This document shows positions 7,900-15,083 of a stretch of 59,118 nucleotides of DNA, piece after piece. Origin of the DNA: Streptomyces virus LukeCage (Duplodnaviria; Heunggongvirae; Uroviricota; Caudoviricetes); IMG/VR virus record IMGVR_UViG_2974629454_000001, positions 1 through 59,118 of that record; one strand, written 5' to 3'. The notes below the pieces were generated by a model, which saw nothing but the letters and a program-made list of their open reading frames with translations, was not told where the DNA came from and did not search any database. How positions within the stretch are numbered: the stretch's first letter is position 1; every line of letters begins with the position of its first letter. The translations under genes and the position numbers were made by a program.

Positions 7900-8165
7900 C
7901 AGAGAACCGGCTTCTTGCCGAGTCCCATGCTCTTGCCGAAGTCGTAGGACTTGCCCTTGACCTCGTATCCCGGAAGAACCTTGGTCACACGGAACGGAGC
8001 GGCACGGTGGAGGGCGGACAGCTTCTCAGCAGAACCCGCAGCCTCGACGTAGACCTTACCGGAACGCTCGTTGACTCGGTACTCGAACTCCACTCCGTAC
8101 ACGGTGGCCATCGTGATGACGACACCAGCGCGCTTGACGGAAACCTCGCCCATGAGAACGGCCAT
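7899..8165 (-). CDS. Hypothetical early protein
   Basis: 88 aa, GAAAGG RBS, own promoter. Confidence 0.8.
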   Translation of the reverse strand: MAVLMGEVSVKRAGVVITMATVYGVEFEYRVNERSGKVYVEAAGSAEKLSALHRAAPFRVTKVLPGYEVKGKSYDFGKSMGLGKKPVL

Positions 8166-8199
8166 TGTATTGCCTTTCGTTCGGTGTTACTAGAGTCTA

Positions 8200-8478
8200 T
8201 CAGATGCGGTGGACGTTGTCACGCAGTTCGTTGAACGTGTGCGGACTGGTGACGATCTCAGCGTTGCGGTAAAACCCGTGATCCACAAGGACCGTTACCG
8301 AGTTATACACAACGTTCTGTACCGTTCCAGTGTACGCGATCTTGCCGTCAATTTCAAGGCCCTCGTTCAGATAAAGCTGAGCCCAACTGTTGACGACTAC
8401 GACCCTGTCACCCGTACGGAGCTTGCCGAAGTTGCTTTGCAGATACTTGCGAATCCTGTAGCTGAGAGGCATCGCCAT
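8200..8478 (-). CDS. Hypothetical early protein
   Basis: 92 aa, GGGAGAG RBS, own promoter. Confidence 0.75.
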   Translation of the reverse strand: MAMPLSYRIRKYLQSNFGKLRTGDRVVVVNSWAQLYLNEGLEIDGKIAYTGTVQNVVYNSVTVLVDHGFYRNAEIVTSPHTFNELRDNVHRI

Positions 8479-8588
8479 GATCTCTCCCCTTCGTTAAGAC
8501 GAGTCTACATGACGCCGGGCGAGATTGCAACACTTTTTCAAAAAAGCCGGGGCGGCCAAACGGCCCCCGAAGGGGCCGTTGGCTTTGA

Positions 8589-9161
8589 TCAGCCGTTCAT
8601 GCCGCATCCGCACGGGCAAGAACCCTGGAAGGACTCTTCGGAGGACTCGATGGACTCGCGGGCCACGTCGTTCGTCGTCAGCTTCTCACGCAGCGCATTG
8701 AGCGCGGACTGAGTGGCCAACTCGGGCTCGGGCTTCGGGGAGTCCTTCTCGACCTGCTCGATCTTGTCCCATTCGAGCTGATCGGTGGTCCCGACCGGCG
8801 TGATCATGTCCACGATGGACTTCGCCTCGATGAGACCCAGCGGACGGAACTTGTCACGCAGAACCTTGATGCAGGTGATCTTGCGGGTGAAGTCACGCGG
8901 CGTGAAGTTCGCCACGGCCCACGCAGTTGCGGAAACCACGTTCGGGTCGAAGGTGGCACGAATGGAGTTCTTGCCAGCCTCCACACCAGCGTCGTAGCGC
9001 TCCTGACCGTACGCGTACTTCGCGTCCTCGGCCTTGTACTTCTCGTCTTCCATCTTGCGACGGAAGCCACGGTCGATGTCACCCGCGAAGCGGAGAGCGT
9101 CAGCGATCTTGGTGTCGGGGAAGTAGTTGCCGACCTGCTGAACGATCTCGATGCGCTCCAT
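8589..9161 (-). CDS. Second protein with an L7/L12 C-terminal-like motif
   Basis: KITCIKVLRDKFRPLGLIEAKSIVD; also shares a Y..GYEAGK/YDAGVEAGK segment with 5415-5909. Confidence 0.65.
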   Translation of the reverse strand: MERIEIVQQVGNYFPDTKIADALRFAGDIDRGFRRKMEDEKYKAEDAKYAYGQERYDAGVEAGKNSIRATFDPNVVSATAWAVANFTPRDFTRKITCIKVLRDKFRPLGLIEAKSIVDMITPVGTTDQLEWDKIEQVEKDSPKPEPELATQSALNALREKLTTNDVARESIESSEESFQGSCPCGCGMNG

Positions 9162-9296
9162 GAGGTTTCCCTTCGTCTTAGGGGACTTCTTGCCCCCTTC
9201 GATGTACTAATCTTAGCAGAGCCTAGCGGGCTGTGTCCAACTGTTCTTTCAAGATTTTTTGGCCGGGGCGGTTCGCCGCCCGAAGGCGGCTAGCCG

Positions 9297-9593
9297 TTAC
9301 TCCCAAGGTGAGTAGTCAGACTCACGCTCGGCAGGCTTACGCTCGATACGGTCAAGGTAGCGGCCGGTGCTGTTGACGGACCAAATGGCCCTACGCCCGT
9401 TGTTGCTGTAACGCTTCTTGGTCAGCCTCTTGAGAACGGTCTCAGCCTCACGACGAGAGCGAACCTTGACAGACACGCAGGGCTCACGGTAGTTGTAGTA
9501 CCATCCGCCCTCTTCCGGACCACCGCACGCGAGGTCTTCGAGATAGATGTTGGCGTAGAACGGCTTGGGCTTACGAACCTTGGGCGTCTTCAT
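9297..9593 (-). CDS. Hypothetical basic early protein, leaderless
   Basis: Start moved to MKTPKV, 7 nt after a TAGACT -10. Confidence 0.75.
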   Translation of the reverse strand: MKTPKVRKPKPFYANIYLEDLACGGPEEGGWYYNYREPCVSVKVRSRREAETVLKRLTKKRYSNNGRRAIWSVNSTGRYLDRIERKPAERESDYSPWE

Positions 9594-9671
9594 AGGGATG
9601 AGTCTAGCAGAGTATTGGGCCGGTGGCAACAGATTCTCAATTTAGCCGGGGCGGCCCCGAAGGGCCTGACG

Positions 9672-9902
9672 TTACCGCCAGAGGAATTGACCTTGACATG
9701 CACAGTCGTTGGGAACCTTGTCTACCTTCTTGAAAGCACGAATGATCGTCTCTCGCGGGTAGACAGCTCGCAGGCACTCACGAGGGTTGTGGTGACCTAC
9801 CTTGATCCACTGGTCTACGACTTCCACATAGAGGAAAGTCTGTTCGTGTCCGGTCTGCTTCTCTTGCTGAACGTAGACTTCGCCCTCAGAGATCCATTCC
9901 AT
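9672..9902 (-). CDS. Hypothetical protein (76 aa)
   Basis: Start moved to MEWISEG, coupled to the upstream gene by TGATG. Confidence 0.7.
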   Translation of the reverse strand: MEWISEGEVYVQQEKQTGHEQTFLYVEVVDQWIKVGHHNPRECLRAVYPRETIIRAFKKVDKVPNDCACQGQFLWR

Positions 9903-10057
9903 CACACACTCCTGGTCTTGATCTTCTCGCACTTCACGCACTTGCGAACCTGCATGGGCTGAGTCCACGTGACAGGCTTACCCTTGATCCAACCCATAAG
10001 AGGGCTGTCCATGTGAGCAGTGACGAGAACCCACTTCGTCCACTTGTGACGGCACAT
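9902..10057 (-). CDS. Small Zn-ribbon-like protein (51 aa)
   Basis: Manually translated MCRHKW...RKCVKCEKIKTRSV; TAATG and TGATG overlaps on both sides. Confidence 0.7.
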   Translation of the reverse strand: MCRHKWTKWVLVTAHMDSPLMGWIKGKPVTWTQPMQVRKCVKCEKIKTRSV

Positions 10058-10260
10058 TACGAAAGCCTCCCACAGATGCACTTGATCTTGTCGCCGGGTT
10101 CCATGTACGTCTCGATGGTGTACTGCGGGATCATCATCGTGGTGCAGTCGTCGTCGCTCGTGTGGATCACGATGAACGCCTGATCACTGATCAGATCGAT
10201 GATCTCCGTGCGGCAGTTCGGGTCGGACTTCTTCGGCTGCATGATGTCTCCGGGCTTCAT
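10057..10260 (-). CDS. Hypothetical protein, leaderless
   Basis: 67 aa; ATG 6 nt after TAGACT. Confidence 0.75.
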   Translation of the reverse strand: MKPGDIMQPKKSDPNCRTEIIDLISDQAFIVIHTSDDDCTTMMIPQYTIETYMEPGDKIKCICGRLS

Positions 10261-10459
10261 GTATGAAGTCTAGCACTCGGATTGGATGAGATGCAAGCCC
10301 TACGCCGATTTTTTAGTCTCTAGATGTCTACACAGATTTTTAGTCATCTAGCCGGGGCGGCTAACTTTTTAGTCAGAAAATCACCCCTATGATTCGAAGG
10401 TTTTTCGCGCATATACCTAAGAAACACAGGGGTGAAAATCTAAGCGAATTTATTCAGAT

Positions 10460-10684
10460 TCACCAGAGTTCGTCCACTTTGGCCCAGAATCGGTGGACTC
10501 GCGGATCGTTGTTGTCGTTTGCGTAGAACGGATCATGAATTGTGCCCGTCAACGCATTTGCGATTTCGGGCCGGTGGACAGCAACTCGATTGAATACGAA
10601 TTGCCCATAACGCTGCCCCTTGTTGTCGCGCATCCATTCTGCGATGGTATCGAGAATGAATTGATTCAAGGACAGTTCGGCCAT
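10460..10684 (-). CDS. Hypothetical protein
   Basis: Start moved to MAELSLNQF just after the upstream stop. Confidence 0.65.
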   Translation of the reverse strand: MAELSLNQFILDTIAEWMRDNKGQRYGQFVFNRVAVHRPEIANALTGTIHDPFYANDNNDPRVHRFWAKVDELW

Positions 10685-10688
10685 TAAG

Positions 10689-10940
10689 TCACTTCCAATC
10701 GGTGGGAAGTTCGCCAGATTCGATGATGTTCTTTTCCATTCGCTCGAAAACGACCTTTGCCCCGATGAAAGAGGCAATCAGCTTGTTTCCTTGCGCAGTC
10801 ATCGACCTTTCGAGCAACATTCGCAATTCTTCGAGATCCTTTTGCAGTTGCTGCTCAACATACATAGGTTTCACCCTTTCCAGTTCCACAAAGGCAATAT
10901 ACGGAATGCTTTGCTTCCACCGGGCGAAATCCGCCTTCAT
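10689..10940 (-). CDS. Hypothetical protein
   Basis: 83-aa helical ORF; start uncertain. Confidence 0.55.
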   Translation of the reverse strand: MKADFARWKQSIPYIAFVELERVKPMYVEQQLQKDLEELRMLLERSMTAQGNKLIASFIGAKVVFERMEKNIIESGELPTDWK

Positions 10941-11124
10941 TGTACTTTTTCAGAAGGATTTCGAGATTTCCCGAAGAAATTACGCCCGTTTCGGAAAACA
11001 GGCCGTTCTTTTCGAGCTTGAGGGTAAGCGAATGTGTACGAACGGCTTTTGCCCTATTCCTGAACATTGCTTTCCCTTTCTACCCCTAATGGGGGATACC
11101 CTTTCGGATATCCCCCATATTGAG

Positions 11125-11328
11125 TTACGCCAGTTCGGAAACGTGCGGATAGTCGGTTTCGTCCATGTCCACCGTACGCATGTCGTCCTGTACGGTAGAT
11201 ACGGGCAGGGTGCTCACAGAGACCCATCCCTCAGAGACGGCCCGCTCCAGAAGTTCGAGAGTGGTCAAGTTGATCAGTCCCTTCCGTCTTGGTGTAGTAC
11301 CAGTATACACAGCCCATACGCTGTGCAC
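11125..11328 (-). CDS. Hypothetical protein
   Basis: 67 aa, GTG start, plausible codon usage. Confidence 0.5.
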   Translation of the reverse strand: MHSVWAVYTGTTPRRKGLINLTTLELLERAVSEGWVSVSTLPVSTVQDDMRTVDMDETDYPHVSELA

Positions 11329-11442
11329 AACCTAGATCCTCCGGGAAATTTTTGTACGCTTTCGTACACGCGCGGGGGATTTGTCCGGGAATTCCGTAAT
11401 GCCCTCTTAAAGAGGAATGCCCCCTATGCGCTGCATGCCCAG

Positions 11443-11516
11443 TGTGTACCCATATGGTAGGGTATGTACCCTATGTACCATATGCCCTATATGTACCCCT
11501 ATGTACCAGTATGTCC
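11443..11516. repeat. TATGTACC tandem repeat cluster
   Basis: Exact copies at 11463, 11472, 11490 and 11500 plus degenerate ones. Confidence 0.75.
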
Positions 11517-11645
11517 GATTTGTCCGGCCGCCCCGGTCGGCAATCCTTTACCAAGCCGTTACCTAAAAACCTCGGATTCAGGGGTTTTCCCGTGTGTGGT
11601 GGGGTAGTCTGTAGGTACAACGACAGAGACAAGGGAGACAGCGAC

Positions 11646-12104
11646 ATGATCACCACCACCGCCCCGGTTACCCACAACAGCAACACTCACCAGTGCAGGG
11701 ACAACGACCGTACGGCCGGTAGCGCGTACCGTAGGCAGCTTCTCGCTACGGTCCTGTACCTGGCTAGCCTTACGGGGCACTCGGACGGTGAGACGTACGC
11801 TGTGTGTGTGGGTTGTGGTGAGAATGCATACGTGGGGGGTGCACCCCGGAACATGGACACGCTGAACCTTGGTCACTGTGAGGCAGACGCAACGGGGGGT
11901 ACCTACTGCGCTGCGAACATGCTCCCCCTGTGCAGGCAGTGCAACGAGGACATGGGTAAGGATGCCCTTACCGATGTGCTTGTCCCCCTGTATGACAACC
12001 GTCACATGTGGGACGGTAAGTTGATCAAGGACAGTGGCAAGGTTAAGCAGGAAGCGCAGGCAAACCGAGGACGTGCCAACTGGAAGCGCCCTGCGAGCGT
12101 CTGA
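11646..12104 (+). CDS. HNH endonuclease
   Basis: CVGCG..LNLGH....GG....NMLPLCRQCN; AAGGGAG RBS; the only rightward gene I found in the left arm. Confidence 0.75.
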   Translation: MITTTAPVTHNSNTHQCRDNDRTAGSAYRRQLLATVLYLASLTGHSDGETYAVCVGCGENAYVGGAPRNMDTLNLGHCEADATGGTYCAANMLPLCRQCNEDMGKDALTDVLVPLYDNRHMWDGKLIKDSGKVKQEAQANRGRANWKRPASV

Positions 12105-12119
12105 GACGCTTTGAGAGTA

Positions 12120-12150
12120 GCCCCTAGGTCTGAGTACCTAGGGGCACTTT
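12120..12150 (+). terminator. Intrinsic terminator after the HNH gene
   Basis: GCCCCTAGGT-6nt-ACCTAGGGGC-ACTTT. Confidence 0.7.
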
Positions 12151-12347
12151 CATGCCCGGAGACGGGCGCACACGGCTTTTGAAAGCCGTTTTCAAATGGC
12201 CTGCCATGCCCTGTGGAACCTTCCCCGGAGAGAATGTCAAGGGATATGGGCGCACTAATTGAATTGTTACAAAGGTATGCGAAGCATGTATCGTACATGA
12301 TAGAAAATTACTAACATTTCAAAATCAGAAATAGATGATCTTGTATG

Positions 12348-12593
12348 TTAGCCGTCCCGGTCAGGCCAGTCGTTTAGAAGGTCAAAACCAACAACGTGCA
12401 TACATGGCTCAAAACGGGCGTGATAGGCGCACTCGCAATTAAAACAATCCGGGGTGACCATTATAGTCGTTGGTTCTTTTCCGCAATGCAGACAGTTCGG
12501 AAGACCTAGACCATGGTACTCCAATGCTTGATAGTCTAAACAGAAAGCGCTGTATTGCTGAAATCCAATAAGACTGTCAATCTTGTGTGTCAT
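12348..12593 (-). CDS. Cys-rich hypothetical protein
   Basis: CLHC..CECAYH..C. Confidence 0.6.
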   Translation of the reverse strand: MTHKIDSLIGFQQYSAFCLDYQALEYHGLGLPNCLHCGKEPTTIMVTPDCFNCECAYHARFEPCMHVVGFDLLNDWPDRDG

Positions 12594-12798
12594 TAGCGTC
12601 GCTCATATCCCAGCTTGGAGGAGGCCCAGCAATTTTGCCTTGCTTATGCAGAGCGAGAAGCTTTACGGCTTCTTCTGGATTTACTCCTCTTGCTACACAC
12701 ATCATTACATCATAGAGTCTCAAGAGCATGATTGTGTTTACTACTTCATATGAGTCTTTATCGAATACGTCCTTCTCTTCGCCGGGCTCATTTTGCAT
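12577..12798 (-). CDS. Hypothetical protein
   Basis: 73 aa, overlaps its neighbours in an operon. Confidence 0.7.
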   Translation of the reverse strand: MQNEPGEEKDVFDKDSYEVVNTIMLLRLYDVMMCVARGVNPEEAVKLLALHKQGKIAGPPPSWDMSDANDTQD

Positions 12799-13501
12799 TT
12801 AGCGCCTCCAGTGTTCTTGGAAATACTGTCTTTGTCAGATCATTGACAGCCTTAGCATACTGCTGAATCTCATACTGTGCATCATGCTCCAGTCTTTCCT
12901 TGAGGAAATGAGCAACAGTAGCTAGAGAAGTTGTCCAGCGCCACCGGACGAACATTCCATATGCAGGAAGAAACAGTCTGGCCTGCTCTGGGGCAATTTC
13001 TTCATCCATTGCTTCCTGGTAGAGTTCTTCGCCCTTGAGTATGTAATCTACGAGAAGAGAGGTGAATTGATATCCCTTGCTCTTATCGATAGGTTCTCCG
13101 CTTCCTTGCTTGGAATTAGCAGGCTTTGATCTCCATGCACCACCATCTGGAATATGGAATTCCGGCTCCTCGGTAATGTACCGACGAGAAGACTCATTCC
13201 ATCCAGTTTGATCTTCCAGGTGGCTAGATGCCACAGCGTACTTCCACCACTGACGCGCCACGAATAGTGGAGCGTATACCTCAAATGTCAATGCTGCATG
13301 CCTAAACGGGGAAAGATGACCCTCCCTGACAAGGAACTTTAGTAGTCTGTCGTCCTTATCGGAAAAGCCATCTGACTCCTTTGCATAGGATACACGAGCA
13401 GCATTGACGATAGACAAATCATTACCAAGACTATCAACCAGTCTTACATAACCCTTGTCAAGGCAACGAATCGTTGCACTAGCGTCGTCAATCTTCGTCA
13501 T
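12788..13501 (-). CDS. thyX: FAD-dependent thymidylate synthase ThyX
   Basis: GYVRLVD.LGNDLSIVNAARVSY, GH.SPF, FEV.APLFVARQW, WNE.S.RY, EQAR.FLP, AQYEI..YA. Confidence 0.93.
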   Translation of the reverse strand: MTKIDDASATIRCLDKGYVRLVDSLGNDLSIVNAARVSYAKESDGFSDKDDRLLKFLVREGHLSPFRHAALTFEVYAPLFVARQWWKYAVASSHLEDQTGWNESSRRYITEEPEFHIPDGGAWRSKPANSKQGSGEPIDKSKGYQFTSLLVDYILKGEELYQEAMDEEIAPEQARLFLPAYGMFVRWRWTTSLATVAHFLKERLEHDAQYEIQQYAKAVNDLTKTVFPRTLEALNAK

Positions 13502-13751
13502 TTTCCCATTCTCTGTTGATATACCAGTCCCATTCCTGATCCTCGAAGACTTGATTCCACTCGTCTTCCGGCAGGTCGGACTCTACGAATTGCATTTTGA
13601 ATTTATGAACCTCGCCCGTTTCAGTATCGAGCACTGCGAAATGATCTCCAACATATGTGATCTTTGATCGTTCTTCGTATGGGTTTCGGTTATTTATGAT
13701 GTCTTCAAAGAGGAAGCAGTCGAGTATTTCTAGGGCTTCTTCCCTATCCAC
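13488..13751 (-). CDS. Acidic hypothetical protein
   Basis: 87 aa, D/E-rich, coupled in an operon. Confidence 0.7.
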   Translation of the reverse strand: MDREEALEILDCFLFEDIINNRNPYEERSKITYVGDHFAVLDTETGEVHKFKMQFVESDLPEDEWNQVFEDQEWDWYINREWENDED

Positions 13752-13911
13752 TTAGGTTCTCGATCTCTGCGTCTAGTCTCTTTACTTCTCTTTCGGCACG
13801 CTTAGCGCCTACTTGATCACCGGCCCGCTTTGCCTTTTCCATTGCTCGGGCCGCGTCTCTGCGCTGCTCTCTAAGGTTATTGAGCGCACGTCTCATGCCT
13901 AGCTCAGCCAT
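13744..13911 (-). CDS. Small basic helical protein
   Basis: Start at MAELGMRR (alternative start 13929). Confidence 0.65.
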   Translation of the reverse strand: MAELGMRRALNNLREQRRDAARAMEKAKRAGDQVGAKRAEREVKRLDAEIENLSG

Positions 13912-14065
13912 TTTCTGCCAACCAATCATGCATCGCCTTGATTATGTCTGACTGCTTAGTAGCCTCTGCGTGATTCTTTTCTCTACGAGCACGCATGTAA
14001 GACTTCTGAGCAGCCTCAAGTATTCGATTAGCTTCCTTCAAATTCTTTGGTCTAGGAACCGCCAC
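13904..14065 (-). CDS. Small basic hypothetical protein (53 aa)
   Basis: Manually translated; AAGGAG RBS, GTG start. Confidence 0.65.
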   Translation of the reverse strand: MAVPRPKNLKEANRILEAAQKSYMRARREKNHAEATKQSDIIKAMHDWLAENG

Positions 14066-14080
14066 GATCACTCCTTGGGT

Positions 14081-14503
14081 GTGACACTTTTGTCACGTCG
14101 TCTTGTTATGTCACTAGAGTGTCACACCCTTTGTCACTTGTCAAGGTGACATTCGTGACAGAGCAACAGTAATCGTATTGGCCGGAATGTCACGACCCTT
14201 AATGTCACTGATGATCTTTCTTAGCTCAGCTTTGTCACGAGTTCCATCATCCCACAGCTCCTTGACCAGGCGTGACACGCTCTTTTGCTTGTCATCTGTC
14301 ATGTCACGACGTGGAATTTCTGTCATTTTTGTCACGATAGGCGTGACAGATACATCTTCCTTGACAACCGTGTCACTCTTTGTCATGACAGGCTTTGTCA
14401 CGGTTTTGTCATCTGTTTTGTCACGATTATTTCGTGACATTTTCTTAGGTGTCACCGGCTTGTCACGCTTGCGTGACAGACTTTCACCTGTCACGGTTGT
14501 CAC
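14081..14503. repeat. Dense array of 23 TGTCAC/GTGACA hexamers
   Basis: Exact copies at 14081, 14091, 14109, 14120, 14132, 14146, 14155, 14188, 14203, 14233, 14272, 14302, 14330, 14343, 14371, 14396, 14419, 14434, 14450, 14461, 14473, 14489 and 14498, plus several TGTCAT/TGTCAA variants. Confidence 0.92.
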
Positions 14504-15025
14504 GACTTCATTGAGCCGGAAGAATACGACGTTCTTGAATCCCTTGAATGTCTTCCCTGGGAAGATCATCCAGCTTACCTTTCCGAAGACTGGCATTCGC
14601 TTAGCGACCAGTCCGTTGGCTCGCATCTCTGAACGGTGCACAAAGCGCAGGTACAATTCGAACAATACACCTGCGATAACTGGAGGGGCACCGAAAAGAA
14701 CTTTTCCAGGAGTCCCGTAGTTAAGCAGCGCTGCGTGCTCTACGTTCAGATATACAGAGGTTCCTACAAAGGCGTATGTGGCCAGCTTCGGAGCCAGACC
14801 ACTATCTTCTGTTCTAGCGTACTTGGATGCAAGGTCAGCGACAAACAAAGCAGCACCGTCGAATGCAATACTCACTCCGAAAGCCAGTTCCTTGGGAACT
14901 CCATAGAATTCCACAGCCATTGAATATAGGCTCCACCAACTCAAAGCGAGAGCAACGATCAGCACTGATCCGAATGAAACTGCGCCACGCCAATCCATAA
15001 GACGCTGGAAGTCGGGCTTTTTCAT
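14141..15025 (-). CDS. DUF2637/SpdB-like four-TM membrane protein with a C-terminal putative DNA-binding domain
   Basis: Start moved to MKKPDF (AAGGAG RBS); four hydrophobic helices with ALALSW.SL and AFDGAAL motifs; T/K/D/R-rich linker; helical C-terminus. Confidence 0.75.
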   Translation of the reverse strand: MKKPDFQRLMDWRGAVSFGSVLIVALALSWWSLYSMAVEFYGVPKELAFGVSIAFDGAALFVADLASKYARTEDSGLAPKLATYAFVGTSVYLNVEHAALLNYGTPGKVLFGAPPVIAGVLFELYLRFVHRSEMRANGLVAKRMPVFGKVSWMIFPGKTFKGFKNVVFFRLNEVVTTVTGESLSRKRDKPVTPKKMSRNNRDKTDDKTVTKPVMTKSDTVVKEDVSVTPIVTKMTEIPRRDMTDDKQKSVSRLVKELWDDGTRDKAELRKIISDIKGRDIPANTITVALSRMSP

Positions 15026-15041
15026 TGGTCTCCTTATAGAC

Positions 15042-15075
15042 AAAAGGCAGGGCACCCTTTTGGGTGCCCTGCTAT
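15042..15075 (-). terminator. Intrinsic terminator after dps
   Basis: GCAGGGCACCC-TTTT-GGGTGCCCTGC, with a T-run on the minus strand. Confidence 0.7.
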
Positions 15076-15083
15076 TCAGTTGT

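Larger units (their letters stand above)
870..10296 (-). promoter_or_regulatory. Series of 19 leftward sigma70/HrdB-type early promoters
   Basis: -35/-10 spans at 870-898, 1125-1153, 2243-2271, 2358-2387, 2876-2905, 4060-4088, 4867-4895, 5158-5186, 5327-5356, 5951-5980, 6257-6285, 6720-6749, 7250-7279, 7705-7734, 8194-8222, 8502-8530, 9210-9239, 9601-9629 and 10267-10296; 12 have -10 TAGACT; spacers 17-18 bp; -35 is TTGNNN or a TTGACA variant (TAGACA, GTGACA, TGGACA). Confidence 0.8.
755..11536. repeat. Dispersed 9-bp motif CCGGGGCGG / CCGCCCCGG, 17 copies
   Basis: CCGGGGCGG at 755, 1171, 2412, 2929, 5381, 6004, 6293, 6772, 7303, 7752, 8547, 9263, 9646 and 10352; reverse complement at 4115, 4920 and 11528; intergenic, and usually preceded by GATYTTTT. 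Confidence 0.9.

Noticed and set aside
9903-9968. N-terminal extension of ORF 9672-9968
   Set aside because: It overlaps a separate Zn-ribbon gene; TGATG coupling supports a start at 9902.
755-10360. CCGGGGCGG repeats as a CRISPR array or integron attC sites
   Set aside because: The repeat is only 9 bp, the spacers are whole genes of 300-1500 bp, there are no cas or integrase genes, and there is no attC R/L box structure.
14081-14503. TGTCAC array as a simple protein-level repeat or as matS sites
   Set aside because: Copies occur in several frames, both orientations and beyond the stop codon; no GTGACRNYGTCAC 13-mer is present.
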